DNA of 47,546 nt from Acidimicrobiaceae bacterium (GTDB lineage: Bacteria > Actinomycetota > Acidimicrobiia > Acidimicrobiales > Bog-793): positions 30,653-78,198 of the forward strand of contig PLDN01000135.1 in the NCBI GenBank assembly GCA_003136185.1, in the 5' to 3' direction. Both the position numbers and the translations under genes were made by a program. The notes under the pieces are model-generated. The model was given only the letters and a program-made list of their open reading frames with translations. It did no database searches and was not told where the DNA came from. Numbering within the stretch: the first letter of the stretch is position 1; the number at the start of each line of letters is the position of its first letter. Below are positions 19,306-27,992 of the stretch, in pieces.

Positions 19306-21552
19306 ATGAAGGACCACGCGCCCAGAGATCTGATGGCTGTCGATTGGGACAGCCCGCCGCCGATCGAGTTCCTGAAGAGCATCTCGGTGCTCGAGCTCGG
19401 AGACGGTGTTGCCGGAGCGGCCGCAGGGGCAGTGCTCGCGTCGCTCGGGGCCGAGGTGACAACCGTCGGAGTTGCCGGGGCCGTGGCTCACGAGATGAGA
19501 CCGGAGCTCCCGGGCGGAGAGGACGTCTCGGACTCTCTCCTGTCGGTCGTCTTGAGAGCAGGCAAGGCGGTGGCTACGAGCCCGGAGGACGTGCGGGTGG
19601 CGGACTTCGATGTCGTCATCGTCGATCGCTGCGACTTGCCGGTGGTCGGTGTCGACGCGTATCTCGACTCGGTCGCCAACGACAACCGCAGCGTGTGGGT
19701 GACAGTGAGCCCGTTCGGGCTGTCGGGGCCGCAACGGGAGTGGCGGGCGACCGACTTCACCGTTGCGGCGGCGGGCGGCCTCCTCGGCTCGGTGTCGGAC
19801 AAGCGCACGGGAACACCGGTGCGCATGGCGGGTTGCCAGGCATTGCTCTCGGTCGGGCACGTGGCCGCCCTGGCTGCCTGCCACGGCATCGACGAGTGGC
19901 GCCGGACCGGACGAAGCGTCCACGTCGACGTGTCCGCCCAGGAGGCGGTTGCCGCGACAGGGCCGGTTCTTCGCCTTTCGCAGGAGCTCCTCGGCTGTGT
20001 GAGCCTCGGTGGCTCCGGCCGTTTTGGCGCGCCCGCCGGGCTGTACCGCTGCAAGGACGGGTTCGTGCACATCATGGCCATGGAGGATCACCAGTGGCGG
20101 GCCCTCGTGAAGGAGCTCGGAGAGCCGGACTGGGCGATGGAGTACATGGATCCGTCGAGGCGGATCGATGAACCGGCAGCTATCAACGCCCATCTCGAGG
20201 CGACGCTGTCCTCCTTCACCAAGGTCGAGGCGGAGCAGCGCCTGCAACGAGGCGGCGTTCCTGCCACGGCAATGTACAGCCCGGCCGAGTTGATCGATGT
20301 AGAGCAGTACGCCGCCCGCGGATCGATCGCCTCCCTGCACGCCGGCGCGAGCGAGACACGCGCCATCCGGTCACCTTTCGTCGTGGTGCCGCACGACGGC
20401 GACGCCACGGGTGGTCCCCGTGGAATTGGAGGCCTGCGAGTCGCTGAGGTAGGCCATGTGCTCGCGGTGCCACTCTGCGCAGCCCTCCTCGGCGCCATGG
20501 GGGCCGTCGTGACGAAGATCGAGGATCCTGCCCGGCTGGACATGTACCGTCGCAATGGCCCGTACATCGACGGGGAGCCCGGGCCCGACCGCTCGGCGTA
20601 CTTCGCAGTGATGAACCACTCGAAGACAAGCGCAGTGGTCGACCTCGAGGATGCCTCTGCCCGCAACGCTGTGTTGGATGACGCCGACGTCGTCATCGAG
20701 AACCTCGGGCCCCGCCGGGCGAGGCACCTCGGCCTCGATTGCCGGAGCGTGTCGGACGCCCGACCGACCTCGCTCGCCGTGAGCTCGTCAGGCTTCGGGC
20801 ACGAGGGACCCTGGTCGGGCTACCGCGCGTACGCATACAACCTTCACACCTCGACGGGCCTTGCACATCTCACGTGCATCGAGGGTGAGCCGGCTCAGAT
20901 CGACGTGGCTTGGGCGGACCTCATCAGCGGCATCGCCCTCGCGACCGTGGTGGCTGCCTGGGCAGTGGGTCCGACCAGCGCGAACGGCGCCGCGGTCGAC
21001 TTCTCGATGGCAGAGCTTGCAGTCGGCCGCTTCAACGAGTTCCTCGCCGCTGCCGCGCTGTATCTCGAAGATGATGGGGGCGATCGCGGGCTCGGTCTTC
21101 AACGCCAGGCGCCTTATGCGCCGCAACGCGCCTACCGAACCAGCCCCGACGGCCCCTGGCTCGCTGTCTCGGTGCGGACCGACGACGAGTGGATTGCCTT
21201 TTGCGCGGTGCTGGGCGACCCCGACTCGCTTCGTGGGACTCGATACTCGACTGCCCGCGGGCGACTGGACGATGCCGATGCGATCGATCGTGAGATCGAG
21301 CGCATCGTCGAGGGCAGGTCCGCGCCGAGCCTCGCGCGTGCGTTGCAGGGCGCAGGCGTTCCGGCGTCGGTCGTCCTTACTGCCGCCGATCTCGTCGCCG
21401 ACGAGCACTTGGCCGCGCGCGGGTTCTTCCCCGAGATCGAGCACCCCTTGTGGGGACGGCGCCGGCTCATCGGTGTCCCGTGGCGTTTCGTCGGCCGCGA
21501 GCCCTTCTCGCTCGCGCCACCGCCCCAGCTCGGAGGCGGCGTCACCGGCTAA
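19306..21552 (+). CDS. Double-domain class III (CaiB/BaiF) CoA-transferase, copy A
   Basis: Two CaiB repeats (VLELGDGVAG...; GLRVAEVGHVLAVP..KIED..NHSKTS..DVVIEN..WADLISG). Start after GGAGG is uncertain (TTG 19300 or ATG 19306). Confidence 0.88.
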   Translation: MKDHAPRDLMAVDWDSPPPIEFLKSISVLELGDGVAGAAAGAVLASLGAEVTTVGVAGAVAHEMRPELPGGEDVSDSLLSVVLRAGKAVATSPEDVRVADFDVVIVDRCDLPVVGVDAYLDSVANDNRSVWVTVSPFGLSGPQREWRATDFTVAAAGGLLGSVSDKRTGTPVRMAGCQALLSVGHVAALAACHGIDEWRRTGRSVHVDVSAQEAVAATGPVLRLSQELLGCVSLGGSGRFGAPAGLYRCKDGFVHIMAMEDHQWRALVKELGEPDWAMEYMDPSRRIDEPAAINAHLEATLSSFTKVEAEQRLQRGGVPATAMYSPAELIDVEQYAARGSIASLHAGASETRAIRSPFVVVPHDGDATGGPRGIGGLRVAEVGHVLAVPLCAALLGAMGAVVTKIEDPARLDMYRRNGPYIDGEPGPDRSAYFAVMNHSKTSAVVDLEDASARNAVLDDADVVIENLGPRRARHLGLDCRSVSDARPTSLAVSSSGFGHEGPWSGYRAYAYNLHTSTGLAHLTCIEGEPAQIDVAWADLISGIALATVVAAWAVGPTSANGAAVDFSMAELAVGRFNEFLAAAALYLEDDGGDRGLGLQRQAPYAPQRAYRTSPDGPWLAVSVRTDDEWIAFCAVLGDPDSLRGTRYSTARGRLDDADAIDREIERIVEGRSAPSLARALQGAGVPASVVLTAADLVADEHLAARGFFPEIEHPLWGRRRLIGVPWRFVGREPFSLAPPPQLGGGVTG

Positions 21553-21597
21553 CTCTCTCGCGCGGGATCAACCGATGGCGATGGCGGCCACCGTTGC

Positions 21598-22476
21598 TCA
21601 CAACGCTTCAGGCGCCTGGCGGAGGAGGGCCTCGGCGGTCCGCAGCATCGCACGGTCGACCATGCGCCCGCCCTGACGGCTGGCCGAACCGTCGCTCGCG
21701 GCGGCCACGATGGCCCGTGCTTCGCGCAGCGCCTGCTCGTCAGGAGCGAAGGTCGAGTTGACCGTCCCGACGTGGGACGGATGAATAATGTCCATCCCGA
21801 CATAGCCGAGGTCACGACCCTGGCGGGCGAATCCGGCGAGGCCGTCTTCGTCATCGAGCTCGGTCCATATGCCGGTCATCGGATTGCAGACGCCTGCCGC
21901 CCGTAGGGCCACCAAGGTGGTTGCCCGCATCGCCTCGGACTCCGAGCCCGATGGGCTCCACCTATACCCGATTGCACGCTCGACGTCGCCGCCGCGCGTG
22001 GCGATGCCTCCCGTGTACTCGACGCGAGGCGAGGCGACCGCGAGATCGTAGGCGTGGTAGATGGCCGCCGCCGTCTCGAGGATCGGCGACACAACGACAC
22101 TGCCCGGCTCCATCCCCGAACGCGCCTCGAGCCAGGTCAATACGAGGTCGAGCGCCGAGATCTCCGACGCAGTGGTCACCTTTGGGACGACGACGCCGAA
22201 GAGGCCGGGGCGAACGACGGCCTCCAGATCGTCGAGTGCGAGCGGCGAAGACGTCTCGTTCACGCGCACGAAGATCAGCGGGTGTTCGCGTCCGCGCGCG
22301 ACGGCTGCAGCGACGAAGGCGCGGGCACGTTCCTTGTCGACGTCGGCAACGGCGTCCTCGAGGTCGAAGATGACCGCGTCGGTCCCGGCGGCGATCGCCT
22401 TGTCGATCCACTCCGTCTTCGTGCCGGGCACGTACAAACGGCTGCGGATGCGGGGGCGATCCGGTCGCACGATCAT
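21598..22476 (-). CDS. CitE/HpcH-family CoA-ester lyase
   Basis: [45 protein letters not shown]; ATGA overlap with the MaoC gene. Confidence 0.9.
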   Translation of the reverse strand: MIVRPDRPRIRSRLYVPGTKTEWIDKAIAAGTDAVIFDLEDAVADVDKERARAFVAAAVARGREHPLIFVRVNETSSPLALDDLEAVVRPGLFGVVVPKVTTASEISALDLVLTWLEARSGMEPGSVVVSPILETAAAIYHAYDLAVASPRVEYTGGIATRGGDVERAIGYRWSPSGSESEAMRATTLVALRAAGVCNPMTGIWTELDDEDGLAGFARQGRDLGYVGMDIIHPSHVGTVNSTFAPDEQALREARAIVAAASDGSASRQGGRMVDRAMLRTAEALLRQAPEAL

Positions 22477-22967
22477 TCCGTGCCGAGTGGGCGGCGACGC
22501 ATCATGGCAGTGCGCGTGCATCGAGCCACGAGCGCGCCGTGCTGGTTGAAGGCGCTGTGCTCGAAGCTGGCGATCCCTGCGTCCGGCCTGCTCTGCGAGG
22601 GTCTTGTCGACAGGATGCGTGTCGACGCTGTCAGCGTGTCGCCGACGAACACCGGCGCCGGAAAGACGATCTCCTCGAATCCGAGGTTGGCAACGGTGGT
22701 CCCAAGGCTGATCTCCCAGACGGACAGGCCCACGAGCAGTCCAAGGGTCAACAGGCTATTCACGAGCGGGCGCCCGAACTCGGTCGTGGCGGCGAACTCC
22801 TTGTCGAGGTGAAGGGGCTGAGGGTTCATCGTCATCGTGCAGAACAAGACGTTGTCGGACTCGGTGACCGTGCGCGTCACGGCATGTTGCACGGTGGCAC
22901 CTTCGACGAGGTCTTCGTACCACATTCCGGCCGCTCGCCGGTCGGGTTGGCCCTCGGTGGGTTCCAT
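22473..22967 (-). CDS. MaoC-family (R)-specific enoyl-CoA hydratase
   Basis: GMWYEDL..G....H...[48 protein letters not shown]. Confidence 0.92.
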   Translation of the reverse strand: MEPTEGQPDRRAAGMWYEDLVEGATVQHAVTRTVTESDNVLFCTMTMNPQPLHLDKEFAATTEFGRPLVNSLLTLGLLVGLSVWEISLGTTVANLGFEEIVFPAPVFVGDTLTASTRILSTRPSQSRPDAGIASFEHSAFNQHGALVARCTRTAMMRRRPLGTE

Positions 22968-22979
22968 GGCTGCTCCTCC

Positions 22980-24485
22980 TCAGACAGGCCAGACACCGTG
23001 GTAGCGCCGGCCGAACTCGCGTTGCCACGAAGAAGCGGCCGCGAGTCTCTCGATTAGCTCGTCACGGAGCCTGTCGGGTGCCACCACGGCGTCGATGTAG
23101 AGGTCCGATCCGAGGCGCAGTAGCCCGAGCGTCTGCTCGTACTCGTTCTGCTTCTCTTCGACGAAGCGCTCCCGCTCGCTCAAGTCCTCGATGGCCTCGA
23201 TCCTGTTGGTGTAGACGGCTCGCACCGCCGCGTCCGCACCCATGGCGGCAATCCGGGCGCTCGGGAGCGCGATCGTGGCCCGCGGCCCGAAGCCAGGAGA
23301 CGACATCGCGTAGTACCCGGCCGCATAGGCCTTGCGCAGCACGACGCAGATCCTCGGTACTTCGGCCGAGGACATGGCGGCGATCATCTTGGCGCCATGT
23401 CGGATGATCCCCTGGCGCTCGACCTCGGCTCCGACCATGAATCCTGGGACGTCGACAAGGAAGACGAGAGGAATGTTGAACGCGTCGCACCACGTGATGA
23501 ACCTCGCCGCCTTGTCCGCCGAATCGACGAAGATTGCGCCCGCGCGCACGCAGGGTTGGTTGGCGACGAGCCCGACCACCGCCCCGGCGAGACGGGCGAA
23601 GCCGACCACGATCTCGGCTGCGAAGGTGCGTTTGATCTCGAAGAATGAGCGGTGATCGACAAGTCGTTCGACCACGGAGCGGATGTCGTAACTCACATGA
23701 TCGTCCTCGGGGATGACCCCGTCGAGCGAACCGGTTGGCGGTGCGAAGGAGGCTGCCTCGGGCGCAAGTGAATGGAAGTGCGAGGGGAGGTAACTGAAGC
23801 AGTCGCGCAATGCCTCGATGGCGGAGGCGTCGTCAGGGCAGAGCAAGTCTCCGGACCCCGACACCGTTGTGTGCATCTCGGCGCCGCCCATGTCGTCAAG
23901 GGTCGTCCGCTCACCGGTGACAACCTCGACGATGCGCGAGGACGCGAGCGACATCGACGCGTTCTTTTCCACCATCGCCACCCAGTCACAGAACGCGGGC
24001 ATGTATGCGCCACCGGCGGCGGACGGGCCGAACAGGCAACACAGCTGTGGCACCCGGCCCGAGAGGCGCACTTGGAGGTCGAATATCCTCGCTGCTCCCC
24101 GGCGACCGGGAAAGAACTCCAGTTGGTCGGTGAGCCTCCCACCGGCCGAATCCACCAGGTAGATGACGGGCAAAAGGTCGGCATCGGCTCGTTCGAGGAT
24201 CCGGATCTGCTTCTCGACGGTCGCTCCTCCCCACGAGCCCGCCTTCACCGTGGGATCGTGCGCGATGACCGCGACTATCCGGCCATCGATCCGCCCGGTA
24301 CCTGTCAGAACGCCATCTGCGGGCAGTCCCGGCTCGAGCGCTCGGGCGAGCAGGCCGTCCTCGACGAACGAGCCCTCGTCGAGAAGGAGCTGCAGCCGCT
24401 CGCGCACCGGTAGCTTCGTTCCGAGCCGAGAGCGGTCGCCTCCGGCCAAGGCCTCCTTGATGGCCATCTCGATGTCGTCGGTCAT
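22980..24485 (-). CDS. Acyl-CoA carboxylase carboxyltransferase (beta) subunit, YngE/AccD1-like
   Basis: DPTVKAGSWG, LVDSAGGRLTDQ..FPGRRGA, GPSAAGGAY.PAFCD, DKAARFI, DVPGFMVG. Confidence 0.92.
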   Translation of the reverse strand: MTDDIEMAIKEALAGGDRSRLGTKLPVRERLQLLLDEGSFVEDGLLARALEPGLPADGVLTGTGRIDGRIVAVIAHDPTVKAGSWGGATVEKQIRILERADADLLPVIYLVDSAGGRLTDQLEFFPGRRGAARIFDLQVRLSGRVPQLCCLFGPSAAGGAYMPAFCDWVAMVEKNASMSLASSRIVEVVTGERTTLDDMGGAEMHTTVSGSGDLLCPDDASAIEALRDCFSYLPSHFHSLAPEAASFAPPTGSLDGVIPEDDHVSYDIRSVVERLVDHRSFFEIKRTFAAEIVVGFARLAGAVVGLVANQPCVRAGAIFVDSADKAARFITWCDAFNIPLVFLVDVPGFMVGAEVERQGIIRHGAKMIAAMSSAEVPRICVVLRKAYAAGYYAMSSPGFGPRATIALPSARIAAMGADAAVRAVYTNRIEAIEDLSERERFVEEKQNEYEQTLGLLRLGSDLYIDAVVAPDRLRDELIERLAAASSWQREFGRRYHGVWPV

Positions 24486-25639
24486 AGGCCCATCGTCTTG
24501 GCGAGGATTTGCAATTGGATCTCGTCGGTGCCTCCCCCGATCCGGAGGATGCGGGCGTCGCGGTAGTGAAGCGCGACGGGGCTGTCGGCCATGAAACCGT
24601 ACCCTCCGAAGACCTGCACGGCGCTGTCTGCAACCTCGTTGGCAACTCGGGCGCTGTAGAGCTTGGCCATCGCGACCGCCTTGGCTGCATCGGGGTGGTC
24701 CCGGTCGAGTCGTGAAGCTGCCTGATAGGTCATCAGGCGAGCCGCTGTGACGGCAGTCTCCATCTCGCCCAAGCGATGGCCGATCGCCTGGAAGGAGCCG
24801 ATGGGCACTCCGAAGGCCCGCCGATCCCGCGCCCAGACGCGGGCTTCGTCGAGAGCAGCCTGCGCCAATCCCACGCCCATCCCCGACAGAGCGATGCGCT
24901 CACCTTGAAACGCCATCATGATCTGGCGAAAGCCGGAGTCCACCGCCCCGACGACGCGATCGCTTGGCACGAAGCAATCCTGAAAGGAGACCTCGCGGGT
25001 GTCAGAAGCGTGCCACCCGAGCTTGGCGAGCGGAAGTGACAGCTCGATGCCGGGAGCGGAGCTCTCCACGCAGAACATGGTGATGCCAGCGCTGCCCGGC
25101 TGGCCGGTGCGTGCTGCCACGAGCACGACGTCAGCCACGCCGGCGTTGGTGATGAAGATCTTCCGGCCGTTAATCAGGTAGCCGCCGTCTACCTCGGTCC
25201 CTGTCGTCACCAGCCCGGCGACATCCGAGCCTGCCGACGGTTCGGTGACCGCGATCGCCGCGACGGCCTCACCCCGCAGGACCGGTCGCAGATATTGCTC
25301 CCTGAGCGTCGGCGAGCCGAATCTCGCGAGGTGCGGCGCCGCCATGTAGGAGCTCACGAGGATCGTTACGGCGATGCCGCCGGACACTTTGGCCAACTCT
25401 TCGGCGAGGATTGCCATCGCGAGGTAGTCGCCGCCCGTGCCGCCGTCCTCCTCCGGATGCCCGATGCCGAGCAGCCCAGCGGCGCCGAGCTGGCGCCACA
25501 ACGCGGAGGGGAACCCGTTGCGCTCTGCGTTGTCCCGCTCGGGCATGACGAGACGCTCCACGAAACCATGGCAGGTCTCCCGGAACGCCTCGTGCTCGTC
25601 GTCGAGCTCGAACAGGCCCGCCTCAGGGTTCTCTACCAT
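24482..25639 (-). CDS. Acyl-CoA dehydrogenase (LCAD/AtuD/IVD-type catalytic Glu)
   Basis: AVTEPSAGSDV, NGRKIFITN, KLGWHASDT, FQGER, QVFGGYG, RIGGGTDEI. Confidence 0.92.
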   Translation of the reverse strand: MVENPEAGLFELDDEHEAFRETCHGFVERLVMPERDNAERNGFPSALWRQLGAAGLLGIGHPEEDGGTGGDYLAMAILAEELAKVSGGIAVTILVSSYMAAPHLARFGSPTLREQYLRPVLRGEAVAAIAVTEPSAGSDVAGLVTTGTEVDGGYLINGRKIFITNAGVADVVLVAARTGQPGSAGITMFCVESSAPGIELSLPLAKLGWHASDTREVSFQDCFVPSDRVVGAVDSGFRQIMMAFQGERIALSGMGVGLAQAALDEARVWARDRRAFGVPIGSFQAIGHRLGEMETAVTAARLMTYQAASRLDRDHPDAAKAVAMAKLYSARVANEVADSAVQVFGGYGFMADSPVALHYRDARILRIGGGTDEIQLQILAKTMGL

Positions 25640-25690
25640 GATCCCTTGCCCAACGAGGCCATGACGGCCAGATCGAATGAGCCCATGCGT

Positions 25691-26803
25691 TCACATCCCG
25701 ACCTGACGGGCCAGCGATAGCCGGTGATACGACGCCGTGCCGAGCAGCATGCTCGCCGACTTGGCTCGCCGGAAGTAGAGGTGGGCGTCATGGTCCCAGG
25801 TGAAGCCGATGCCACCTTGCACCTGGATGTTCTGCGCCGCGCAGAAGAAGTACGCGTCCGAGCAATACGCCTTCGCCAGGCTGGCAGCCACCGGCAGCTC
25901 CTCTGGATCCGCAGCGGCCTTGCGCGCGTAGTAGGCGGCCGAGCGCGCGGTCTCTACCTGTACGAGCATGTCGGCGCACTTGTGCTTGATCGCTTGGAAG
26001 CTGCCGATCGGGCGCCCGAACTGGTAGCGGACCTTGGCATACTCGCTGCTCATCTCGAGCACTCGACCAGCGCCGCCGATCTGCTCACTCGCGAGCAGCA
26101 CGACGGCAAGGCGGAGGCAATGGAGCAAGAACTTCTCGGCCCCGCCCGCAGGACCGACCAGGGCGGCGGGGGTGCGGTCGAAGATCAGGTCAGCTTGGCG
26201 GCGCGTGAGGTCGAGGGTCACGAGTGGCGTGGCCGTGAGCGTCTCGTCCGGCGCATCGACCGCGAACAGCGAGAGGCCGGCGTCGGTCATCGCGGGGACG
26301 AGGACGAGATCAGCTGTCGCTCCGTCGATCACGAACCGTGCCTCGCCGCTGAGCTCGTACCGCTCCCCGTGCCGCTCCGCCGTCACCTCGGTGGCTCCTT
26401 CGTCGAGCCCGGACGCACCTTGTGTTAGCGCCAGCGTCGCGACGAGCTCGCCGGCTGCGATCCGCGGAAGGTATTTCTGCTGCGCTGGCTCATCGCCAGA
26501 CTCGACGAGCGCCGGTGTCGCGAGACCGCATGTGGACAGCAGCGGAAGGCTGGCGAGGCACTCACCAGCGGCCTCGAAGACCATCGCGAGCTCCTCGTAG
26601 CCGAACCCGGATCCACCGTGGCGTTCAGGTACGGCCAGACCCGGGGCGCCGAGCTCGTCAGCAAGGTTGCGCCAGGCTGTCCGCTCGTAGCCCTCTGGCG
26701 AATCGAACAATCGGCGCGCCTCGCTCACGGGGTGACGATCGGCGAAATACCTCCGCAGGTTGTCGGCAAACCGCGCATGCTCGTCCGAGATGGTGAAGTC
26801 CAC
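25691..26803 (-). CDS. Acyl-CoA dehydrogenase, beta subunit (FadE27-like); paralog of 7963..9078
   Basis: Start GTG 26803 (MDFTISDEH), DLTRRQA, YQFGRPIGSFQAIKHKCAD, GGIGFTWDHDAHLYFRRA. Confidence 0.9.
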   Translation of the reverse strand: MDFTISDEHARFADNLRRYFADRHPVSEARRLFDSPEGYERTAWRNLADELGAPGLAVPERHGGSGFGYEELAMVFEAAGECLASLPLLSTCGLATPALVESGDEPAQQKYLPRIAAGELVATLALTQGASGLDEGATEVTAERHGERYELSGEARFVIDGATADLVLVPAMTDAGLSLFAVDAPDETLTATPLVTLDLTRRQADLIFDRTPAALVGPAGGAEKFLLHCLRLAVVLLASEQIGGAGRVLEMSSEYAKVRYQFGRPIGSFQAIKHKCADMLVQVETARSAAYYARKAAADPEELPVAASLAKAYCSDAYFFCAAQNIQVQGGIGFTWDHDAHLYFRRAKSASMLLGTASYHRLSLARQVGM

Positions 26804-26807
26804 GGTC

Positions 26808-27992
26808 TCAGCCGATCCGCTCGAGGACAGTCCCGGTGCCGAGACCGCCTCCACAGCACATCGTCACGAGTGCGAGATCCTCGTCGAGGCGCTCGAGATT
26901 GTGCAGCGCCGTCGTGACGAGCCTCACGCCCGTCGCACCGAGGGGGTGGCCGAGCGCGATGGCACCTCCGTTGGGGTTCACCCGCTCCATGTCCACCCCA
27001 GCGGTCTCCCTCTCCCAGGCGAGCACGACCGAGGCGAAGGCCTCATTGATCTCGACGGTGCCGATGTCGTCCATTGTGGCGCCGCTGCGCTTCAGGCACG
27101 CCTGCGTTGCGTCGATAGGCCCGGTCAACATCAGCACCGGGTCGGTGCCGACGAGGCACTGCGCCCGCACGCGCGCCCTTTGGGGGGCGCCGAGCTCGGC
27201 TGCCCGTCGCGCCGTCATGAGGATCACCGCCGCCGCCCCGTCGGTGATCTGCGAGCTGCTCCCGGCAGTGTGTACACCGTCGTTGGCCACGACGGGCTTG
27301 AGCGTGGCGAGTGTTTCGAGGCTCGTCTCCCTCAGCCCTTCGTCGCGCGCGACGGTATGGGTCGTGCCGTCGGGCGCGCCCTCAGCGTCGAGGTTGGGCG
27401 CATCGAGCGGGACGACCTCACGATCGAACGCCCCTTCTGCCCAGGCAAGCGCGGCCCGCTGCTGGCTCTGCAGCCCGAAGCGATCGCAATCGTCGCGGGA
27501 GATTCCCCACTTGTTTGCGATCAGTTCAGCGCCTTCGAACTGGTTCGTGAACTGAAAGCGGGAGAAGTAACTGTCCGAGATCGCCCTTCCCGGCCCGTTC
27601 CGCACGTTCGAGCCCAGTGGGACCCGGCTCATGGACTCGACGCCGCAGGCCATCACCGCGTCGCAGGCACCCGAGCCGACAAGCGCTGCAGCAAGGTTGA
27701 ACGCCTGCTGACTGGACCCGCATTGGGCGTCGACAGTCGAGCCCGGAGTGGCGACGGGCAGCCCGGCCGCGAGCCAGGCCGTCCGCGCGATGTTCGAGCT
27801 CTGTTCGCCCACTTGGCCCACGCAGCCCGCGAGCACCTGCTCTATCTCGCCCGGATCGATGCCGGCTTGCTCGATGCAGGCGCGCTGGATTGTCCCGAGG
27901 AGGTCGGCCGGATGGATCGTCGAGAGGCCGCCATTTCGCTTTCCGAGAGGGCTCCGAAGTGCTGCGACCACTACCACGTCGTTGTCGTTCAT
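26808..27992 (-). CDS. Thiolase (FadA5/FadA6-like)
   Basis: Start MNDNDVVVV after AAGGAG; AQCGSS, EINEAF, NGGAIALGHPLGATG, TMCCGGG. Confidence 0.93.
   Translation of the reverse strand: MNDNDVVVVAALRSPLGKRNGGLSTIHPADLLGTIQRACIEQAGIDPGEIEQVLAGCVGQVGEQSSNIARTAWLAAGLPVATPGSTVDAQCGSSQQAFNLAAALVGSGACDAVMACGVESMSRVPLGSNVRNGPGRAISDSYFSRFQFTNQFEGAELIANKWGISRDDCDRFGLQSQQRAALAWAEGAFDREVVPLDAPNLDAEGAPDGTTHTVARDEGLRETSLETLATLKPVVANDGVHTAGSSSQITDGAAAVILMTARRAAELGAPQRARVRAQCLVGTDPVLMLTGPIDATQACLKRSGATMDDIGTVEINEAFASVVLAWERETAGVDMERVNPNGGAIALGHPLGATGVRLVTTALHNLERLDEDLALVTMCCGGGLGTGTVLERIG

Noticed and set aside
8252-26026. 50-bp near-identical DNA at 8252-8301 and 25977-26026
   Set aside because: Encodes the conserved YQFGRPIGSFQAIKHK motif of paralogous ACAD beta subunits; not a mobile repeat.
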